Shown: piece by piece, positions 26,179 through 35,829 of the stretch
How the letters are laid out: each line of letters starts with the position of its first letter
How positions within the stretch are numbered: the first letter of the stretch is position 1
Origin: Eubacteriales bacterium
Lineage (GTDB): Bacteria > Bacillota > Clostridia > Oscillospirales > CAG-272
NCBI GenBank assembly: GCA_045660125.1
Contig: JAZRDG010000062.1
Span: 18,273-82,272 of the forward strand
Length of the DNA stretch: 64,000 nucleotides
Reading direction: 5' to 3'
The notes under the pieces: generated by a model
The model's input: only the letters and a program-made list of their open reading frames with translations
Database searches by the model: none
What the model was told of the DNA's origin: nothing
Position numbers and translations under genes: made by a program

Positions 26179-27624
26179 ATGAAAGACATCTCGAGAAACT
26201 TGACAATGCTGTGTGATTTTTACGAATTGACCATGAGCAATGGCTACTTTGCTTGCGGCTTTGCGGATAAGATCACCTATTTTGACGTGTTCTACCGTTC
26301 CAATCCCGATAATGGCGGCTATGCCGTTGTAGCGGGTCTTGAGCAGGTGGTGGAATACATCAACGATCTGCATTTTGACGAGCAGGATATTCAGTATCTG
26401 CGCGACAAAAATTGCTTTAGCGAGGAATTCCTTGATTACCTGCGCAACTTCAAGTTCACAGGCGATATCTGGGCAATTCCCGAGGGCACCGTGGTATTCC
26501 CGGGCGAGCCCTTGATGACCGTGCGCGCCAAGGCGATCGAGGCGCAGTTCATTGAGACCTACGTGCTCATGATGATCAACCACCAATCCCTGATCGCTAC
26601 CAAGGCGGCAAGACTTGCGCGTGCCGCAAAGGGCAGACCGATCAGCGAGTTCGGCTCAAGACGTGCACAGGGTAGTGACGCGGCAATTCTCGGTGCGCGT
26701 GCTGCGTATATCGGCGGCGCATCCGCAACGGCTTGTACCATTTCGGATATTGCTTACGGCGTTCCCGCAACGGGCACGATGGCGCACTCCTGGGTACAGA
26801 TGTTTGACAACGAGTATACCGCATTCAAGACCTACTGCGAGATCTATCCCAACAATGCAACGCTGCTTATCGACACCTACAACGTGCTGGAATCCGGCGT
26901 GCCCAACGCCATTCGCGTTTTTAATGAGGTGCTCAAGCCCCTCGGCATTACCAAATGCGGCGTGCGCCTTGACTCGGGTGATATTACCTATCTGTCTAAG
27001 AAGGTCAGAGAAATGCTGGACGCTGCAGGCTGGACCGAGTGCAAGATCGTGGTATCCAACTCGCTTGACGAGTATATTATTCGCGAGCTGATCAGACAGG
27101 GCGCGTGCGTAGATGCATTCGGCGTTGGCGAGAGATTGATCACCTCGCTCTCCGCTCCCGTATTTGGCGGCGTTTATAAGCTGGTTGCGGTTGAGAATGA
27201 GGACGGCAGCATTAAACCCAAAATCAAGATCAGCGAAAACGTTGGCAAGATCACCACACCCCATTTCAAAAAGATCTACAGACTGCGTGGCAAGGAAACT
27301 GGCAAGGCAGAGGCTGACGTTATCTGTCTGCACGATGAGATCATCGACGACTCGCAGCCCTATGAGATCTTTGATCCCGAACACACCTGGAAGCGCAAGA
27401 TCATGCAGGACTACACGGCAACCGAGCTGATGGTGCCGATCTTTGAGCAGGGCAGGCAGGTATACGAACTGCCGAGCATCGAGCAGATCAAGGCGCATTG
27501 CCAGGACGAAATTCAGGGCATGTGGGAAGAAGTGCGCAGATTCACCAACCCGCATAAGTACTACGTTGACCTCTCTCAAAAGCTTTGGGATATTAAGCAC
27601 GAAATGCTTAGAAAACGCGGATGA
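26179..27624 (+). CDS. pncB: Nicotinate phosphoribosyltransferase
   Basis: The 481-aa protein has PncB blocks (DFYELTM, FGSRRAQG, GTMAHSWVQ, RLDSGD). Confidence 0.93.
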   Translation: MKDISRNLTMLCDFYELTMSNGYFACGFADKITYFDVFYRSNPDNGGYAVVAGLEQVVEYINDLHFDEQDIQYLRDKNCFSEEFLDYLRNFKFTGDIWAIPEGTVVFPGEPLMTVRAKAIEAQFIETYVLMMINHQSLIATKAARLARAAKGRPISEFGSRRAQGSDAAILGARAAYIGGASATACTISDIAYGVPATGTMAHSWVQMFDNEYTAFKTYCEIYPNNATLLIDTYNVLESGVPNAIRVFNEVLKPLGITKCGVRLDSGDITYLSKKVREMLDAAGWTECKIVVSNSLDEYIIRELIRQGACVDAFGVGERLITSLSAPVFGGVYKLVAVENEDGSIKPKIKISENVGKITTPHFKKIYRLRGKETGKAEADVICLHDEIIDDSQPYEIFDPEHTWKRKIMQDYTATELMVPIFEQGRQVYELPSIEQIKAHCQDEIQGMWEEVRRFTNPHKYYVDLSQKLWDIKHEMLRKRG

Positions 27625-27638
27625 AAAGGAGAAATTCT

Positions 27639-29999
27639 ATGAAATTCAAAAGAGCATTGCTCATTTTGCTTGCGTTACTGACACTTGGCTGTGTCGTTTT
27701 CGCTGCATGCAACACGGACTCTCCTACGCCCGATTCGGAAACCACGGTGACCGAAGGCGAAACGACCGAGCCCTCGGAGGACACCGAGCAGCCCGGTACA
27801 CAAGAAGACACCACTGCAGAGGATACAACAGCTGAGGAAACCACGACCAACAAGTTCAACGATCCGCTTTCGGCTACAAGCATTACCTTTACCGGCAACG
27901 AGTCCTTCAGCTGGAAAAAGATGCTTACGGGTGCAAACCAGTGCGAGTACGAGATCGTAAAGGACGAGGAGTGCAGATACGTGCTTAAGCTGACGACCAA
28001 GGACGGCGCAAGTGACCCCTTTATCCTGTTTTCTTACAAGGATTACATGAAGAAATTCAATATGACGCAAGCCAAGGCTGATGAATACAAGTATATCGTG
28101 CTTAAGATCAAGGCTGAAAACGTGACAAGCGATGGCTTTGAGCTGTTCTACGCTGCAGGTAAGGTTACCGGCCCTGTGGGTGGATGCAGCAAGATTGCCA
28201 CCTTTGATCAGACCAATACAGGCTGGCAATACGTGATCTTTGATCTGTCTGCTGCTGCCGATTGGTCGGGCAAGATCAATATGTTCCGCTTTGACTTTTT
28301 GACTGCGCCCTCGGGCGGCGGCGAAACCGTTTACATTGCCTCCATCGATATGTACAAGACCGCTGACGAGGCTTACCAGAACTTTGACGTTGATATGACC
28401 CGTCCCGGAACAGGCTCGGATCTCAAGGAAGAGAAGGTTGACGGCGTCAATTACGACAAACTGACGGCATCGGGTGAGGATTCCTCGGTTCTGTTCTGGT
28501 TTGATCACATGACCGAAAAGACCTACCGCGACAATATTACACCTTCCGGTTTTGACACTTACGTCATTCACATGGCAGGCAATTCGATTGAAAACTGCCA
28601 GTTCTTTGTAGCACCCACCGCATCCGCCAAGAATATCCGCGTTGAAATCACGGATATGACCGACGGACAGGGCAACGTGCTCAAGACGCAGCTGCTGCGT
28701 GAGCATTACGTAAAGATCGGCAACGATTGGGTACCCGATGCGCTTCCTCCCGTGGATGGCAATATCAGCATTGCAAAGAACAACTCTCAGGGGTTTGTTC
28801 TCAAGGTCTGGGCAGAGCAAAATCAGCCTGCAGGACTGTACAGCGCAACTGTCAACGTATACGATGCGGATACAGGCGCGTGCATCAAGACCGCTAACGT
28901 ATACACCAAGGTTTATGATTTCTCGCTCTCCGAGCATACCGCTCTGAAAACTGCCGTGCAAATGTCTCCTTGGGTGATCGCAAATTCTTACGCACAAAAG
29001 GGAATGAACGATTACTCCGCAGAAGAGATCTACAAGATTTATTACGATTTCATGCTTGAAAATCGCATCTCCTGCTACAATCTGCCGTATTCGCTGTGGG
29101 ATAGCCGCGTAACCGCGTATCTTGACAACCCCAGAGTGACTTCGTTTAGTATCAAGGAGAGCAACGGCGGTGACGAGGCAGGCGCACATGCACTGCTTTC
29201 TCAGAAGCCCGAATGGCTTGAAAAGGGATATTTCTACTATGTTGACGAGCCTACTAACACGGATCTGCTGTACCAGCTCAAATCTCACGGTGAGCGTCTT
29301 GCTTCCACCTATCCCGGTTACAGACAGGTCTCGCCCTTCTTTACCAATATCACGATTGATGGCGTAGACCAGATTTCCTTTATGGCTCCTTACACCCAGA
29401 TCTGGTGTACCAAGGTATTTGCATTTACTCCCAGAGAAAAGAGCATTATCAGCGGTGCCCAGTACCTGACCACCGTGCCGCAGGATCAGCAATACGGCAC
29501 GTTTGAGGAGAGAATGAAGGCAGAGGTCGCAGGCGGCGACGAGCTGTGGCTGTATTTCTGCTGGGAACCCAATCAGCCTTATGCAAACTGGCTGGCTACC
29601 GGTGACGGTACTGAGCCTGTCGTAACGATCTGGCAGTGCAAGATGACCGATGCTACCGGCGTTCTTTACTGGGGCTCTACGTATTGGTCTGCCGATCCCT
29701 ATAATGATCTCGCTTCTACCGTAATTACCAGCGTATATGGCGACGGCGTACTGCTTTACAGCGGTGCAGAGGTTGGCAAATACGAGGCAGTCTCTTCGTT
29801 CAGACTGGAGAATATCCGACTTGGTATTCAGGATTATCAGATGCTTGATATGCTGGAACAGGCTGCAGGAACGCAGGCTGCGGACGACATGGTGGCAATG
29901 GTAACCAAGGACGTGATTACCTATACCAATGACGATGATTACCTGCATGCTGTGCGCATCATGCTTGCCGAAAAGGTAGCTGCAACGGCTGCAAACTGA
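27639..29999 (+). CDS. Secreted lipoprotein, DUF4091-type (GH123-related) C-terminal domain
   Basis: I moved the start to ATG 27639, 7 nt after AAGGAG. It has a lipobox (LTLGCVVFAAC) and a T/E-rich linker. The C-terminal segment (YFYYVDEP, GDELWLYFCW, GVLYWGSTYW, GDGVLLYSG, RLENIRLGIQDYQML) matches the DUF4091 pattern I recall. Confidence 0.78.
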   Translation: MKFKRALLILLALLTLGCVVFAACNTDSPTPDSETTVTEGETTEPSEDTEQPGTQEDTTAEDTTAEETTTNKFNDPLSATSITFTGNESFSWKKMLTGANQCEYEIVKDEECRYVLKLTTKDGASDPFILFSYKDYMKKFNMTQAKADEYKYIVLKIKAENVTSDGFELFYAAGKVTGPVGGCSKIATFDQTNTGWQYVIFDLSAAADWSGKINMFRFDFLTAPSGGGETVYIASIDMYKTADEAYQNFDVDMTRPGTGSDLKEEKVDGVNYDKLTASGEDSSVLFWFDHMTEKTYRDNITPSGFDTYVIHMAGNSIENCQFFVAPTASAKNIRVEITDMTDGQGNVLKTQLLREHYVKIGNDWVPDALPPVDGNISIAKNNSQGFVLKVWAEQNQPAGLYSATVNVYDADTGACIKTANVYTKVYDFSLSEHTALKTAVQMSPWVIANSYAQKGMNDYSAEEIYKIYYDFMLENRISCYNLPYSLWDSRVTAYLDNPRVTSFSIKESNGGDEAGAHALLSQKPEWLEKGYFYYVDEPTNTDLLYQLKSHGERLASTYPGYRQVSPFFTNITIDGVDQISFMAPYTQIWCTKVFAFTPREKSIISGAQYLTTVPQDQQYGTFEERMKAEVAGGDELWLYFCWEPNQPYANWLATGDGTEPVVTIWQCKMTDATGVLYWGSTYWSADPYNDLASTVITSVYGDGVLLYSGAEVGKYEAVSSFRLENIRLGIQDYQMLDMLEQAAGTQAADDMVAMVTKDVITYTNDDDYLHAVRIMLAEKVAATAAN

Positions 30000-30010
30000 T
30001 ACTTTCGCAA

Positions 30011-30047
30011 AAGCACCCAAGCCCCGTGTCACGGAGCTTGGGTGCTT
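30011..30047 (+). terminator. Intrinsic terminator after the DUF4091 lipoprotein gene
   Basis: AAGCACCCAAGC...GCTTGGGTGCTT forms a 12-bp stem with an inner CCGT/ACGG extension, followed by CTTT. Confidence 0.65.
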
Positions 30048-30102
30048 CTTTATGATTACCTATTAATAATTATAAACTTTTTATAAAATATATGAGAATA
30101 TG

Positions 30103-30131
30103 TTGAAATTTTAAAAGAGTTGTGTTATAAT
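30103..30131 (+). promoter_or_regulatory. Promoter of cdaA-cdaR
   Basis: The sequence reads TTGAAA-17 nt-TATAAT. Confidence 0.6.
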
Positions 30132-30166
30132 GTAAAAAGGAATTTTTTGCAAAGGCGGTGGATCGA

Positions 30167-31090
30167 ATGATCGAATGGCAGGAGTTATTAGACGGTGTTC
30201 GCACGTTTTTTGAGGACTATATTCTGTATCCGATCAATAATATGCATCCCGTTACGGATCTGTTGGATATCTTGCTTTTAACGGGCTTGCTTTATTACTT
30301 GTTTAGATTTGTAAGACGACGCAGAGCAGGCAAATTGCTGCTTGGTATTGCTGCGTTGTTTGGTATATTTATGATATGCAGCGTGCTTGATATGAAGGCG
30401 CTTGGTCTGATTATGGATAACTTCTTGACTGTAGGTTTGGTTGCCATAGTCATTATCTTCCAGCCCGAGCTGCGTGACGCACTTGAGCGCGTAGGCAGCA
30501 CTTCCTTGCGTATCGGTCGCTTTGGCGGAGAGAGAACCGGTTCTGCTGCCGAGATCGAGCACGTAGCGGCAGAGATCGCTTCTGCGGCTTGCTCGCTGTC
30601 CTCTGAAGGATACGGCGCTCTGATCGTGCTGCAGCGTACTACAAAGCTTCAGGACTACATGGATAAGGGCGAAAGATTGGATGCGAAGGTTTCCGAAAAG
30701 CTTTTGCGCAATATTTTCGTAAACAAGTCTCCTTTGCATGACGGTGCCGTTATCATTGAGGGCGACCGCATTGCCTCGGCTGCTTGTAAGCTGCCTTTGA
30801 CCGAAAACGAGGACGCTGTACGCGATCTGGGTACCAGACACCGCGCAAGCGTTGGTATCACCGAGGTCAGCGACGCTATGGTCGTTGTCGTATCCGAGGA
30901 GAACGGCGTAATTTCCATTGCTTACGGCGGTGGACTTTACAGAGATTATGACTACAAGAATTTGTACGATGCATTGTGCAGCTTTATGGATTACCGTAAG
31001 AAGAGACCTGTACAGAACGGCGTTGTCAAGACGCTTGATTCGTCTGATAACGTTCAGGTTGGCAAGAGCGACGACAGAGAGGAGGCGTGA
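30167..31090 (+). CDS. cdaA: Diadenylate cyclase CdaA (membrane-anchored DAC domain)
   Basis: It has three N-terminal TM helices and DAC motifs (GALIVL, HDGAVII, GTRHRAS, VVVSEE). I prefer ATG 30167 over the GTG at 30158 given in the track. Confidence 0.9.
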   Translation: MIEWQELLDGVRTFFEDYILYPINNMHPVTDLLDILLLTGLLYYLFRFVRRRRAGKLLLGIAALFGIFMICSVLDMKALGLIMDNFLTVGLVAIVIIFQPELRDALERVGSTSLRIGRFGGERTGSAAEIEHVAAEIASAACSLSSEGYGALIVLQRTTKLQDYMDKGERLDAKVSEKLLRNIFVNKSPLHDGAVIIEGDRIASAACKLPLTENEDAVRDLGTRHRASVGITEVSDAMVVVVSEENGVISIAYGGGLYRDYDYKNLYDALCSFMDYRKKRPVQNGVVKTLDSSDNVQVGKSDDREEA

Positions 31091-31854
31091 TGAGAGCTAT
31101 GAAAACCGGAACCAGTTCATTTCAACAAAACAAGAGCGTCAGCATAGCCGCTCTCATCATTTGCTTTATCATTGCGTGCGGCATTTGGCTGTATGCGCAG
31201 GCGACCGATGATGATATCAAGGTCACGGTATACAACCAGATTCCCGTTGAATTTGTCGGCGGCGATTCCTTCAAAGAGACAACGGGCTATGACGTGCATT
31301 CTTTGTTGGTACAAAATGCAAACGTGACGATCAGCGGCACCAACCGTGAGCTGGTAAAGTACGATGCACAAAACATTCGCCTGATTGCTGACGTTGGCGC
31401 TGCTAACAACGGCGTTGCCACCATCAAGGCTTACCACGTTGACGAGGATGGCAACAAGACCGAGATCAAGAACTATGAGATCACACCTGCCGTAGTGACC
31501 GTAAACGTTGCAAAGTCGGTGGAATATACTGTTACGGATATTACGGCTGACAAGAACGAGCTTGAGTACCTGTACAAAATCGAAGAGACGTCCTTGAGTG
31601 GCACGTTTACCGTAATCGGTCCCGTACAGGACGTGGACGCAATCGGGTCTGTAAAGTTTGACCTTGATTACAAGAACGTGATGAATACCCCCGGTACTCA
31701 TACCGTTCCCGTGACCTCGATCGTGTTCTTGAATCACGAGGGCGAGCCCTTGTATAGCGAGACAAACAAGAACGAGAACATCAAATACGACACCACGGGC
31801 ATTATGGTTTCCGTGACTGTCGAGAGCATCCATGCAGAAACAAATGACAAATAA
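31090..31854 (+). CDS. cdaR: CdaA regulator CdaR (YbbR-like domain protein)
   Basis: It is translationally coupled to cdaA (the GTGATG overlaps the stop). It has an N-terminal TM helix and repeated YbbR-like beta domains. The exact start is uncertain (31087, 31090 or 31099). Confidence 0.78.
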   Translation: MRAMKTGTSSFQQNKSVSIAALIICFIIACGIWLYAQATDDDIKVTVYNQIPVEFVGGDSFKETTGYDVHSLLVQNANVTISGTNRELVKYDAQNIRLIADVGAANNGVATIKAYHVDEDGNKTEIKNYEITPAVVTVNVAKSVEYTVTDITADKNELEYLYKIEETSLSGTFTVIGPVQDVDAIGSVKFDLDYKNVMNTPGTHTVPVTSIVFLNHEGEPLYSETNKNENIKYDTTGIMVSVTVESIHAETNDK

Positions 31855-31873
31855 ATTCGTAAAAGCTTCGGGG

Positions 31874-33487
31874 ATGGTGATCGAATCGATCACTGTCCCT
31901 TTGGACGCAGAAGAGCAAGAAATTTATGCCAAGGCAAGGCAACGGTTAAAGAAAATCGGATGTCAGGTCGGGCAGTATACGCTTAGCTTGTTCAAAAGAT
32001 CTGTGGATGCAAGAGATCGCTCGAGTGTGCAATTCGTATATTCCGTGCTTGCAATCAACACAAGCGGTGAGTATCCGGCGAATCAGGCATTGCTGCAGCG
32101 CCAGAAAATCAGATTGTTGCAATCCGAACAGATTATGCCCGAGTATGGGCACGCGCCCCTGAGTGCACCTCCGCTGGTTGTTGGTATGGGTCCTGCAGGT
32201 CTGTTTGCAGCTTTGATGCTTGCGCAGAACGGTTACCGACCTGTGATCATAGACAGAGGCGATGACGTGGCTGAGCGTGTACGCTCGGTGGATCGCTTTT
32301 ATCAAACCCGAGTGCTCGATATCGATAGCAATATTCAGTTTGGCGCGGGTGGAGCAGGCACGTTTTCGGACGGAAAGCTGATGACGCGTATCCACGATCC
32401 CAAATGCACGTACGTGCTGTGCACCATGGTAGAGCACGGTGCTCCAGCTGACGTGATGCTGTTATCCAAGCCTCACGTAGGCACGGATATGCTGCGAGCA
32501 GTTGTAGATAGTATCTTGCAGAAAATACAGGCATTGGGAGGACAAGTCATTTACCGTTGCAGATTGGACGGATTTGACCAAAACTCCGACGGAACTGTGA
32601 CGGCGCATACCACGCGTGGGGATTTACTGTGCAGTACGATCGTATTAGCCGTAGGTCACAGCGCACGCGACACGTATAAAATGCTGCTTGAAAAGCAGAT
32701 GGAGCTGGTTGCCAAGCCGATTTCGGTAGGCGTCAGAATTGAGCATCTGACAACCGATATCGACAACGCACTTTACGGTGATTTTGCCGGACATCCCGCG
32801 CTTGGTCATGCAGAGTATGCACTATCTGATACGCGCACGCAGCGCGGTGTATACACCTTTTGCATGTGTCCCGGCGGTGAGGTTATGGCTGCAGCTTCGG
32901 AGCATGGCGGTCTGGTCGTCAACGGTATGAGCAACCGCGCAAGAGACGGCAGGAATTCCAATGCAGCCGTGGTGGTTTCGCTTGGCTGTGAGGATTTCGA
33001 GCCTGTCAACGGCAGCCTTGCAGAGGGCGCGATTGCTTTGCAGCGCAGCATTGAGTCAAAGGCGTTTGCTTTGGGTGGCACAGATTATACAGCGCCCATT
33101 CAAACGGTAGGTGATTATCTTCATGGCAGGGTAGAGCACGAGCCTGCTCGCGTTATGCCTACGTATATGAACGGCAGCTGCAAGATTGCAGATCTTTCTC
33201 TTGTTTTCCCCGAGACGGTCAATCGCACCTTGCGTTACGGTCTTGAAGTGTTTGACGGCAAGATCCACGGCTTTGCCGCGCAAGATGCCGTGCTGACCGC
33301 TGCCGAGACAAGAACGAGTGCGCCCGTGCGCATTCCCAGAACCGAACAAAGAAATGCGATCGGTTTTTCATACGTTTATCCTTGCGGAGAGGGTGCAGGA
33401 TATGCAGGCGGCATTACAAGTGCCGCTGTTGACGGAGTCAATACCGCGCTTGCAGTGATGAAGCGCTTTGCCCCTTACCGCGATTGA
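31874..33487 (+). CDS. FAD-dependent protein (COG2509-type NAD(FAD)-utilising dehydrogenase)
   Basis: It has a dinucleotide-binding GxGxxG (VVGMGPAGLFAA), FGAGGAGTFSDGKL and a C-terminal GEGAGYAGGI. Starting at 31874 avoids the overlap with cdaR, but 31832 is also possible. Confidence 0.8.
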   Translation: MVIESITVPLDAEEQEIYAKARQRLKKIGCQVGQYTLSLFKRSVDARDRSSVQFVYSVLAINTSGEYPANQALLQRQKIRLLQSEQIMPEYGHAPLSAPPLVVGMGPAGLFAALMLAQNGYRPVIIDRGDDVAERVRSVDRFYQTRVLDIDSNIQFGAGGAGTFSDGKLMTRIHDPKCTYVLCTMVEHGAPADVMLLSKPHVGTDMLRAVVDSILQKIQALGGQVIYRCRLDGFDQNSDGTVTAHTTRGDLLCSTIVLAVGHSARDTYKMLLEKQMELVAKPISVGVRIEHLTTDIDNALYGDFAGHPALGHAEYALSDTRTQRGVYTFCMCPGGEVMAAASEHGGLVVNGMSNRARDGRNSNAAVVVSLGCEDFEPVNGSLAEGAIALQRSIESKAFALGGTDYTAPIQTVGDYLHGRVEHEPARVMPTYMNGSCKIADLSLVFPETVNRTLRYGLEVFDGKIHGFAAQDAVLTAAETRTSAPVRIPRTEQRNAIGFSYVYPCGEGAGYAGGITSAAVDGVNTALAVMKRFAPYRD

Positions 33488-33590
33488 TATTTGACAGTTC
33501 TATTTTTTAATCAGCTTTAAAGAAATGAAATAGTACAGTTATCATGCTCTTTCGGTGCCGATGTGACCGAGGAGTCATGGAACGAATAGG

Positions 33591-35798
33591 ATGAAGGATT
33601 TTTTTATCATGAATGAATTGAAAAGAGAGCGCGTGTGGTCGGTCTTGTATACGCCGAATGAGGGCGAGACCGATCAAAAGATTGCGCGCATTGCAGAACA
33701 CGTAGGTGTATCACAAATCACCGCAAGGCTGCTTTATAACAGGGGATACGACACCCCCGATAAAGCGTACGCCTTTATCAATACAAGCATTACAGCATTA
33801 CACGATCCCTTCTTGATGAAGGACATGGATAAAGCCGTTGCCAGAATTTCCAAGGCAATTGAGAATGGAGAAACCATTGCTATTTACGGTGACTACGACG
33901 TTGACGGTGTCACCTCGGTAACCTCGATCTATCTTTACCTCAAAAGCAAGGGTGCAGATATCGTTTATTATATCCCGAGCCGAGATAAGGAAGGATACGG
34001 CTTGTGTGAAGCAGCCATTGAAGTCCTGGCAGATCACGGCGTTACGTTGATCGTCACGGTTGACACGGGCATTACCGCAGAACAAGAGGTCCGTTTCGCA
34101 ACCCAAAAGGGCATTGATATGGTTATTACAGACCACCATGAATGCCGCGAGGAATTGCCGCCCGCATGTGCGGTTGTCAATCCGCACAGACCCGATTGCC
34201 CGTATCCTTTCAAGGAGCTTGCAGGTGTCGGCGTTGTATTCAAGCTGATTTGCGCATATGAGATCAGAGAATATCAAAAGCGCGGTTTGTCTGCAGAGGA
34301 TGCAGTTGCATCGGTGTGCCGCGAATACGTCGATTTGACGGCTATTGGCACGATTGCGGACGTCATGCCCATCATTGATGAAAACAGATATATCGTTGCC
34401 GTCGGACTTGAGGCGGTACAGAACACCAAGCGTTGCGGATTGGATGCGCTGATTGAAGCGTCTTCGTACAATCCGAACGCAAGACAGGATCAGCCTCCCA
34501 AGAGAAAAAAGATCACCTCGGGCTTTATTGGTTTTGGTATTGCACCCAGAATCAATGCCGCAGGCAGAATCAGCAGCGCGACCAAGGCTGTGGAGCTGCT
34601 TTTGGAGCAGGATCCCGACATGGCAAGAGAACGCGCCGAGGAGCTTTGCAAGATCAATACGCAAAGACAGATTGAAGAAAACCGCATTGCCGAGCAAGCA
34701 TACAGAACCATTGAACAGCAGCATGATTTTATCAATGACAGAGTGATCGTGCTTGAGGATGATTCGTGGCAGCAGGGCATTATCGGTATCGTATCTTCAC
34801 GCATTACGGAAAAGTATGGACTTCCGTCCGTTCTGATCTCGTTTGACGGCGCAACGCGCGGCTATGCGAGCCTGGATGACGTTGGCAAGGGCTCTGGCAG
34901 AAGCATCAAGGGAATGAATTTGGTAGATGCGCTGACGCATTGCAGCGATCTTTTGACAAGATACGGCGGACACGAGTTGGCAGCAGGTCTTTCGATCGCC
35001 AGATGCAATATTGACGAGTTCCGTCAAAGAATCAACCAGTATGCACGAGAGAATCTGGACAGCGACGCGTTGGACATTTGTTACGAAGCGGACTGCGAGG
35101 TTGACGTGCATAGCCTGACCATGCCGCTTGCGGTAGAGCTGAGTGCTCTTGAGCCCTTTGGCGTTGCCAATCCCACACCTGAGCTGGTCTGCAGAAATTT
35201 GACGGTGTTTAAGATCATTCCTCTCGGAGCAGGCAAGCACTGCAAGATCATTCTTGCCAAGGACGGATTGCAGATGCAAGCCGTATGGTTCGGCACGCCC
35301 GCATCCACCTGTCCTTTCAGCGTTTCCGATTGCGTTGACGTCATGTTCCAGCTCAGTATCAACGAATATCAAAACGTCAAGAGCCTGCAGCTGATCGTCA
35401 AGGATATGCGAATTTCGGACGACTATGCCGAAAAATGCAAAGCCGAAAGAGACAGATATCAGCAAATTCTGCAGGGAGCAACCTTCTCGGCATCCGAGAA
35501 CGTATTGCCCAATCGCGAGGATATCGCTGAGGTATATAAGCTTTTGCGCAGAGAATGTCGCATCGGACATAACACGTTTTCTCACAAGACGTTGCTGTCA
35601 ACGCTCAATCTCACGTCTGCATTGCAGATCAATTATATTAAACTGAAGTTCATTATTGCCATCCTGGAGGATCTGAATCTCTGCGGAGTCAAAGAGCCCG
35701 GCGACAACCTGTATATATTTGACATATACTGTAACGTTGCAAAAACCAACATCGACAACTCTGAATTTCTCAAAAAATTGCGCTCGCAATGTCAATAA
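33591..35798 (+). CDS. recJ: Single-stranded-DNA-specific exonuclease RecJ
   Basis: It has DHH motifs (IYGDYDVDGVTS, VTVDTG, ITDHH) and a DHHA1 domain (GGHELAAG). An alternative start exists at 33609. Confidence 0.92.
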   Translation: MKDFFIMNELKRERVWSVLYTPNEGETDQKIARIAEHVGVSQITARLLYNRGYDTPDKAYAFINTSITALHDPFLMKDMDKAVARISKAIENGETIAIYGDYDVDGVTSVTSIYLYLKSKGADIVYYIPSRDKEGYGLCEAAIEVLADHGVTLIVTVDTGITAEQEVRFATQKGIDMVITDHHECREELPPACAVVNPHRPDCPYPFKELAGVGVVFKLICAYEIREYQKRGLSAEDAVASVCREYVDLTAIGTIADVMPIIDENRYIVAVGLEAVQNTKRCGLDALIEASSYNPNARQDQPPKRKKITSGFIGFGIAPRINAAGRISSATKAVELLLEQDPDMARERAEELCKINTQRQIEENRIAEQAYRTIEQQHDFINDRVIVLEDDSWQQGIIGIVSSRITEKYGLPSVLISFDGATRGYASLDDVGKGSGRSIKGMNLVDALTHCSDLLTRYGGHELAAGLSIARCNIDEFRQRINQYARENLDSDALDICYEADCEVDVHSLTMPLAVELSALEPFGVANPTPELVCRNLTVFKIIPLGAGKHCKIILAKDGLQMQAVWFGTPASTCPFSVSDCVDVMFQLSINEYQNVKSLQLIVKDMRISDDYAEKCKAERDRYQQILQGATFSASENVLPNREDIAEVYKLLRRECRIGHNTFSHKTLLSTLNLTSALQINYIKLKFIIAILEDLNLCGVKEPGDNLYIFDIYCNVAKTNIDNSEFLKKLRSQCQ

Positions 35799-35829
35799 CG
35801 CATGACTTACTAAATTACGAGGAACATTT

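Noticed and set aside
27804-27848. A 15-nt periodic DNA repeat (three units) occurs near the 5' end of the DUF4091 gene.
   Set aside because: It encodes EDTTA-EDTTA-EETTT within a T/E/P-rich linker just after the lipobox cysteine. It is an ordinary low-complexity tether, not a CRISPR-like or regulatory repeat.
27675-30032. A 785-aa minus-strand ORF lies opposite the DUF4091 lipoprotein gene.
   Set aside because: It has the same in-phase shadow explanation (both coordinates are 0 mod 3). It has no RBS or promoter, and the plus-strand gene carries the recognisable domains.
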